A DNA stretch of 64,000 nucleotides from the human T2T-CHM13v2.0 reference genome, Homo sapiens. This document shows positions 57,450 through 64,000 of this stretch, in pieces. Each line of letters starts with the position of its first letter. Within the stretch, counting starts at the first letter, position 1. Below the pieces are notes generated by a model that ran no database searches, was not told the DNA's origin, and saw only the letters and a list, made by a program, of their open reading frames with translations. Position numbers and translations under genes: made by a program. Location of the stretch: NCBI RefSeq assembly GCF_009914755.1, contig NC_060932.1; one strand, written 5' to 3'.

Positions 57450-58700
57450 TTTTTTGTTGCATCATCATTGCAATCATCTGCTGAGAGAGTGGCCACATAC
57501 AAGCATTTAAGCCTCCACATGGAATTCAATGTACCAGCATCATGGACACTGTGATAAAAACAAAAACAATTTAAGTCAATTTAATATTGACCTGGTTCTT
57601 CAGAGCCAATGGGGTGACTGACTTTGTTCTTCAGAACCAAGAACTTGAATTGTCCAACCCAGGCTAGAAAAACAAATCTCACAGGTCATGAGGACCAAAC
57701 TTAGAGAACCAAGTAGCCTTTTGTCAAGCTGACATGTAGACTTTTCTACCTTACCTGTTTCACTGATCCAAGTATAGCAAGAAGTATCAGCAATGGTACA
57801 TATACCACCATGACTAGTGAAAAGAAAATCCAGAAGAATGAGATTGTTCAACTCTCTTGCCAACAGTTGAGATGGATCTGTATTCTATCTAGGGTAGAAG
57901 TAGTATCACTTATAGTTTCTGCCAGCATTAGTGATACATGTCTTATAGTCTTCTGTTTGCATGGTTCCTATTGCTGGAAACTGCTTTGGTTGTTTGTATA
58001 AACAATGAATCAGTAACTCCTCCAAGTAGAGTGCCTGAATATTAAAGGGAGGCCTCATTTAGGAGCTTGCATCAGAGTTAAAATTTCCAGCCTTGATGAT
58101 CTATAGAATTAGGGTGTCTGTGTACCAGTAAGATTTCTAATGCTATTTTTAAAGTGCATGATGTATGTGTGCATGAAGCAAGCAGGACTAGCTATCTAGA
58201 TGCAAGGAAAGTAGTATCTGGTAGGAACACACAGGGATCCAGAAAAAAGAAATTGTTCATGACCTGAGGTTGGATCAAGGCTGTTCATTAGTTGGGTTAC
58301 ACATGTGAATCTCTATTAATCTCTTCCAGGTGACAAGTAATTGGCTCATCCTCCTATGAAGGCTGTTGAATTCAAATTTAGAATTACATAGATTCTAATT
58401 AGTAGATTATAATAATAGGGTTTTTTTGTGAGAAAGGGACACTAGCAAAATCGCAGGTTGATTTATCCATGTAAGTTCAAGTGGAAATGCTTTGGCTTTA
58501 ATTCCCTGTGGTCTCATTTGATGAGACCGAAATTTTCCAAGGGTTTTTGATTATGGTAGTCTCATGAGGGATAGCATATCCAGCAATCAATGAGCTTGAA
58601 GGTTACTATTTAGGATAATCCAAGATTAGTGTTAGAAAGTGATTATGCTCTGATCCGAAATTTTAATAAGAATAAAATGAAAGAGAAAAAGAGTCATTGT
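57450..58700 (-). pseudogene. Retroviral env remnant (gamma-type TM)
   Basis: ORF 57600-57863 LDFLFTSHGGICTIADTSCYTWISETGKVE matches the end of the immunosuppressive domain plus a decayed CX6CC motif. Confidence 0.8.
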
Positions 58701-58919
58701 GGGTAGGTAACTACCAGGGGTCTTTAGAAAATGAGAATGGCTGTAATTAAGTAGATAAAAAACATAATAGCAGTTACACCAGGGATCTTGATCCAATATG
58801 GTGGGCAGAAGCTGTCTACTCTCTGAGGTCATTATCTCCCTCTGAAAGTCTCCAGTCAGCTGTCTACTCTGAAGATTTAAGATTGTAACCAGTTTATCTG
58901 TACCATGATGAGTCATTTC

Positions 58920-60530
58920 ATGGAGGAATTTAATTAGTATTCATTTGAAGCCATCTGGTGCCACCAAAAATGCCAGAGATTATCTGAGTAAAGCTAGAAC
59001 TTTTTTTTTTCTTTTTTTTTTTCAGAATTAGGGGCTAAATATTGATATTTTATAATGGTGTCTTATAAGTACTCTAGAGATTTATTCTCTAAAATTTTAG
59101 ATAGGTTCATAACCTTGATTAAGGCTGCTTCTTTAGCAAAATATTCCATTAGAACATTTCTTTTAGCTTCTGTATTGTTTATATTTTCATTAGCTTCAAT
59201 CTTTATAATAAACTACCTCTGTATGGAGCAGGAGTATATCTAAAAGTGTTTTAAACATCTTCTCTATGTTTGATGGAGGTTCTAGCAGAGTTAGGAAACC
59301 CTTTGTTTTCAGAGCACGCCAAAGTCATGTATTTTTTTTTAATTGTACCTGTATATATATTTACTCTGAGGTCGTTGTCCAGTTAACAAACTGGACAAGT
59401 TTTTGATGACTCCCATGAAGTTGAGTACGTACAATATTTCTGCCATCTGGACTAATTTTACCTCCAATAGAGGACTATATTTCATAGTCACACAAATTAG
59501 TGGTAGCATACTCTGCTTGATAACCTCTAGTTTAAAGTTCTGAAATATGATCCAGCAACAAATAATATTGGGTCACGGTTTTCAATGGCAGTTCTTAAAA
59601 ATACTGAAGTGCAGAAAGTTTCCTAACTGCGGTAGGGAAATCACGGGTTCACTTCTTCTGGTAGGGGCAGGAGAGTAGCAAAAATAGGGTGTTCTAGTGG
59701 TGAACAGTAATGTGAGAGGAAGAGAGTAACAGACTCTCATGAGTGTTTAATGCTGGCTGAAAAGTGTGTGTTCAGAGGGAGTAGTAATGGCTGTATTGCA
59801 TGAGGAATCATGAGATCAAGAGGGAGGAGCCTGTAATTAGCTCTGCAGAAGCACCAGGTTTTGAATTGGCACCTAGGCTCTTAAACAAGGGGAATAAGCC
59901 TTGGTAACCAGGTCAAGGTGATAAGTTTTTGATGACTCCCATGAAGTTGAGTTAAAACCCTAAGTGTTTTTCCAGTTTGCTTATGTACAAGTGGACAACA
60001 AGGCTTTCACTTGGGATGCCTATGGAAGAAGCCTGTTGACAAGGCTTCTTCAGATTCCAGAAGGCCGGTTCATGATTTAGACTGAGTTGTCACCATCCCA
60101 GGAACAATTTATTTGACACTCATTTGTAATATCCAATTAAAACGTGCAATCCTCCTGATTGTTTTTTGAGGTATCTAGGATGTTTTTATGATCTTTAGTC
60201 ATCAGAAGATGGTGATTTTCCTCCTCACATATGTTATGCCTTCAATAATGAATTAGATTTTTGTAAAAATTATGATTTATCTTTTGAAACTTTATGTATC
60301 TTTAGTGCTAAAGCTGAGAGCAAGTAATTGGAATCCTTTTTACAAGCTTCCTTGTTCTCTGAAAAAGTAGGAGATCATATACATATTGTAACAGAGCTGA
60401 ATCTCAAGAGAAAATTTAGTTCTTTTCATTCTTGATTAAGGACCTGGGAAAAATAGAAGTGGGCTTCAGTAAACCTTTGGAGCATGACTATTCAGGTTTA
60501 CTGTTTTCCTCCCCAGGTGAAGGTAGAAAG
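58920..60530 (-). pseudogene. Retroviral pol remnant (RT, connection, RNase H)
   Basis: Reverse strand reads VMLQRFTEAP (~60460-60490), LLQYVYDLLL (YVDD decayed, ~60365-60395), GVLTQLHGSHQK (~59926-59961), HDFGVL*KQR (~59300-59330). Confidence 0.8.
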
Positions 60531-62629
60531 CAAACATTGAGAGTGAAAAAGGGGAAGACATCAGTTATATTTTGATTGGAGGTTGTTGATGGGGAAGCTG
60601 GAAGCAGACTCGTTAGAAACGGAGGATTTATGCAATTGGTTTTGAAACATATTTGGTTTTGTGTGGTTGGTTCTGAGTTGAGAACAAAGGAAAAATATAG
60701 GAGAGCTGGCAGTCATTGACCAAGTCCTGACCATTTAGGGCTGATTGCTGCAGAGGTTATAGTTTGGCTTCCCCAGTGGGTATGGCAGAGTTTGTGTGTC
60801 AGTGGTCTGTGGTCATAAGTGCTCTGCCCACTCTCCATATATTCAGTCTGTCACCGTTTTGTCTCTTGTAAATCTTCACACATAATTTGTCTCCAACTAC
60901 GTCTAGAAATAATTTGAAAAATAATTGATATATGTAGTTAGATTTTTGCAAAGGGGATATATATTGTTTTGCTTAACAAACTAATGGCAGATACCTGAAA
61001 ATATGAATTTTTCTCCTTAATTCCACTAGAGTTAATTTTTTTCTCTGTAATTGTTTGTGTTGTTACAGAGGATCTTAATGATTTAAGAATGGAGGGAGTA
61101 ACAACCCTGGTACCTTCTGGGAGCAAATTTAACCAAGGCCGTCCTACTTACCCTGCTGAGCCTCAGGCCAAGGTCACACTGAACATCTGTTCAAGGTGTG
61201 CCAGGTAAAAGACATAATAGGTATAGTATATATAAACATGATCTTGATTTTTAAAATCTAAGATTTTGATACAAAGATTGTACTCTTCTGTGTTAAGAAC
61301 ATCTTTTCCTTCCAGCGATCTTTTGTGCTAATATTGGCAAGGGAGTTAGTTATGCAGTTTATCCTGTGCCCAGTGCCACTCAGACCAACAATGAATCAAA
61401 GAGTTTAGATTGTCTTCACTTCACAGCTTGAGACTATTTTATGTCTTCTGTCTCTGAATTTCATTCACTGTCCACCATTCCGTTCTCTTTCAAAGAAAAT
61501 TTAACAGCTCTGAACATTCAAAGCCACTTTTAAAGCACCTGCATAGAGGAAGAGTTTGGCCAGGTACAGTTTAAGATCTGATATTATTGACCTCTTAACC
61601 TGCCCCTTATCCTGTTCACCTCCTGGAAAGAATTTAATCAGCTTGATACTTTCAGTTTTGGCAGCTGGAAGCAATCTTTGCATATACTGTATGTGGCCAA
61701 AGAAGTAGCTTGTAGTTACTGCCAAGTCAGCTCCCAGTGCTGGTCTAGCAGAAACTCACCAAATAGCTAGAATTCATTCCTTTGTAGGAACTAAATCTCA
61801 TTTGCAAAGAGGCTTTTAAGCCTGTTTAAATGATGAAACAAGCCTTCTAACCCTTATGTAAATGGTCCAGATTAGCAAGAACAATGTACTGGCTGGCCAA
61901 TTTTATCTCCTTTTCTTTATGTCTAGCTGCTCTATTGTAGTGTTTGAGAGGAGATTAGCTGCTTGGATATAGGGAGGGAGGAAAGCGTAGGAAAATCAAA
62001 CCAGATTTTTGTAGCTTTTTCTCTTTTGCTTTACCCCTTTGGAAGTTTTATTTTAATTTTCACAGGCTTAGAAAAATAGAAAGGACAGCTCTTAGAAAAT
62101 CAGGGGATGTTATCTGAGGCCACTAAGAGAAATGGCATGGCATAGCATAGTGAAAACCGCAATGGAAACATTGCTTCAGACAAGTAATATTTGGTGGATT
62201 GACTTTTTTTAGTAGGGCTGTGAAGAGAACTTCTAATATTTATGTGATAATATTTAAGCATCCTGAGTGAACACAGTCATCAGTGGAAGAGTTATACGAT
62301 ACTTTGTTTTAAACTTTGTAGTACAGTTGTATATTTACATTTTGACTGGAGAGGGGTCGATGCTTGGTTCATGTCATTTGTAGAAGACTGGGATATGAGG
62401 TGTTTGTTTTTTCAAAACAGAAAGTTTATAAAAAATGTTTTTCTAATCTATTGAGGATTTGAACTGTGAAAGGACCAAGCACATTTTTAGCCCTAAATTA
62501 TCATTCAGCTTCCTAATATATAGACTGTAAATCACAAACAACCTGCATTTAAAGTCAGAACTTAACAGAATTTTTCAAAAAATATTCAACGGAATAATCA
62601 TTGGTGGCATGTATTACTTTCTTACTATA

Positions 62630-62845
62630 AACCACATACTAGTCTAAAGACATGAAATGTGTAAACTGATTTAATTTGCAGATCATTCTCGGAGTTAATT
62701 ACTATTACTATCCCCATTTTATAGATAAGAAAACTGAGGCATGTATTGATTGAATAACTTGTCCAGAGTAATACAACCAATAGGTAGAAAAACACAGTTT
62801 GAAACTCAGGCAGCATAGGTTGACAGTCTACCTACTAGTCATTCT
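62630..62845 (-). mobile_element. MIR SINE
   Basis: tattactatccccattttatagataagaaaactgaggca..aataacttgtcca. Confidence 0.85.
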
Positions 62846-63116
62846 GCTTTATTGGTAAGCACCAAGTTATTGTCTGAAGGTGAAGATGGAGGCCTAAAAT
62901 AGATAAAAACAATGAGATAGAAAGAGATTTAGGTGTTTGAAATGATGAAAGTTCATGACTGTTTTGATGGAGAATAAGGCATTGTTGTACTTTCAAAAGC
63001 AAAGGAGAAATATATTGATTCAGATAAATGTGGTAAACAGTATGGAAGAAGATTCTAGACTGTTCATTTTAGAGCAGCTACTATAGCTAGAATTTAAAGA
63101 AAAAACAAGTATCAGT

Positions 63117-63872
63117 TGTCGAGAACTATAGAGAATCTGAGATTTTTTCCCATTTGGAGCTTTATATATTAGTCTACCACTGTTTTATGCATACTAGGAA
63201 AACTCATGAAACACCTGGGTCAGAGACCAAGGACTTTACTACTTACAGCAATAACAATAACCAGGGTATTAGCATCTTCACTGGTTTCCTGAGCCACAGT
63301 TCTCAGAGTAACACAAATAGTGCAAAAGGTTATATTATGTAAGAGGAAACTGAACTTAGAAAATGTGACTATTCCATAACAGACCATTAGCACTCCTGTG
63401 TGTTGCTCCAGGGAGGGCCTCCATCTGTATCCTCCAAGGCTGTGTGTTAGATCAGCAGTCTTCAACCGTTTTGGCACCAGGGACTGGTTTCATGGAAGAC
63501 AATTTTTCCATGGATGGTTGATAGGGTGGATTTTGAGATAGAACTGTTCCACTTCAGATCATCAGGCATTAGGTTCTCATAAGGAGCAAGCAACCTAGAT
63601 CCCTTCATGCATGGCTCACAATAGGGTTCATGCCCCTGTGAGAATCTATGGCTGATCTGACAGGAGGCGGAGCTCAGGTAGTAATGCTCCCTTGCCTGCC
63701 GCTAACCTCCTGCTGTGCCAGGAGGTTCCTAACAGGCCACAGACCAGTACCGGTTCATGGCCTGGGGGTTGGGGACCCCCATGCTATACAAATATTCTTG
63801 AACAGGTGATCTGCAAAAAAGGCTGTTAATGTCTTTAAATATGAGAGACACATGGAGAACTGTCTCCCATTG
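63117..63872 (-). mobile_element. ERVL solo LTR, LTR40-like, split by MER1B
   Basis: tgtcgagaact..ctgagatttt..cctgggtcagagaccaaggacttta..catggagaactgtctccca. Confidence 0.8.
63453..63781. mobile_element. MER1B hAT-Charlie element
   Basis: ttttggcaccagggactggtttcatggaagacaatttttcca..ctgatctgacaggaggcggagctcagg..gggggttggggacccc. Confidence 0.92.
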
Positions 63873-64000
63873 CTACTTTGGGTAGATTACTTTTGTCATA
63901 CGTTGATGTGATTATCAAAGCTTTCCATCATTAATTCTCCAACACCAATCCATGTCATTGTCTCACCTCTCTTTTTGCAAGTAAGGCATTTAAAATTGTG

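Larger units (their letters stand above)
56586..60853 (-). mobile_element. Deleted ERV1 provirus with MER89-like LTRs (3' LTR 56586-~57318, partial 5' LTR ~60540-60853)
   Basis: TG..CA ends; both LTRs share ttatgcaattggttttg and gttggttctgagttg; TSD CCAT/CCGT; purine tract next to the 3' LTR; pol and env remnants between. Confidence 0.85.

Overview
AT-rich, CpG-depleted primate DNA (probably human or ape, given an L1PA3-like element and AluJ/AluS copies). I found no protein-coding exon, RNA gene or CpG island. The window is dominated by fossil transposable elements: a 4.7 kb 5'-truncated L1PA3-like LINE with a 16-bp TSD, about 10 Alus, older L1M/L2/L3/MIR remnants, hAT DNA-transposon fossils, many solo LTRs, a THE1D LTR with internal sequence, and a deleted ERV1 provirus (MER89-type LTRs) with pol and env remnants. 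The long ORFs come from L1, LTR elements, Alus, low-complexity sequence or unrecognisable sequence. Three observations stand out. (1) There are three independent short locally templated insertions, each copied from 0.5-1.1 kb downstream, with duplicated, microhomologous or fold-back junctions; these are likely DNA-repair scars. (2) LTR elements show a strong minus-strand bias, and the one confidently plus-strand LTR has lost its poly(A) signal, suggesting an intron of a + strand transcript. (3) Several multi-layer nested insertions can be ordered in time. I see no support for a novel gene system. Subfamily names are from recalled consensus sequences, not a database search, and boundaries of old elements are approximate.
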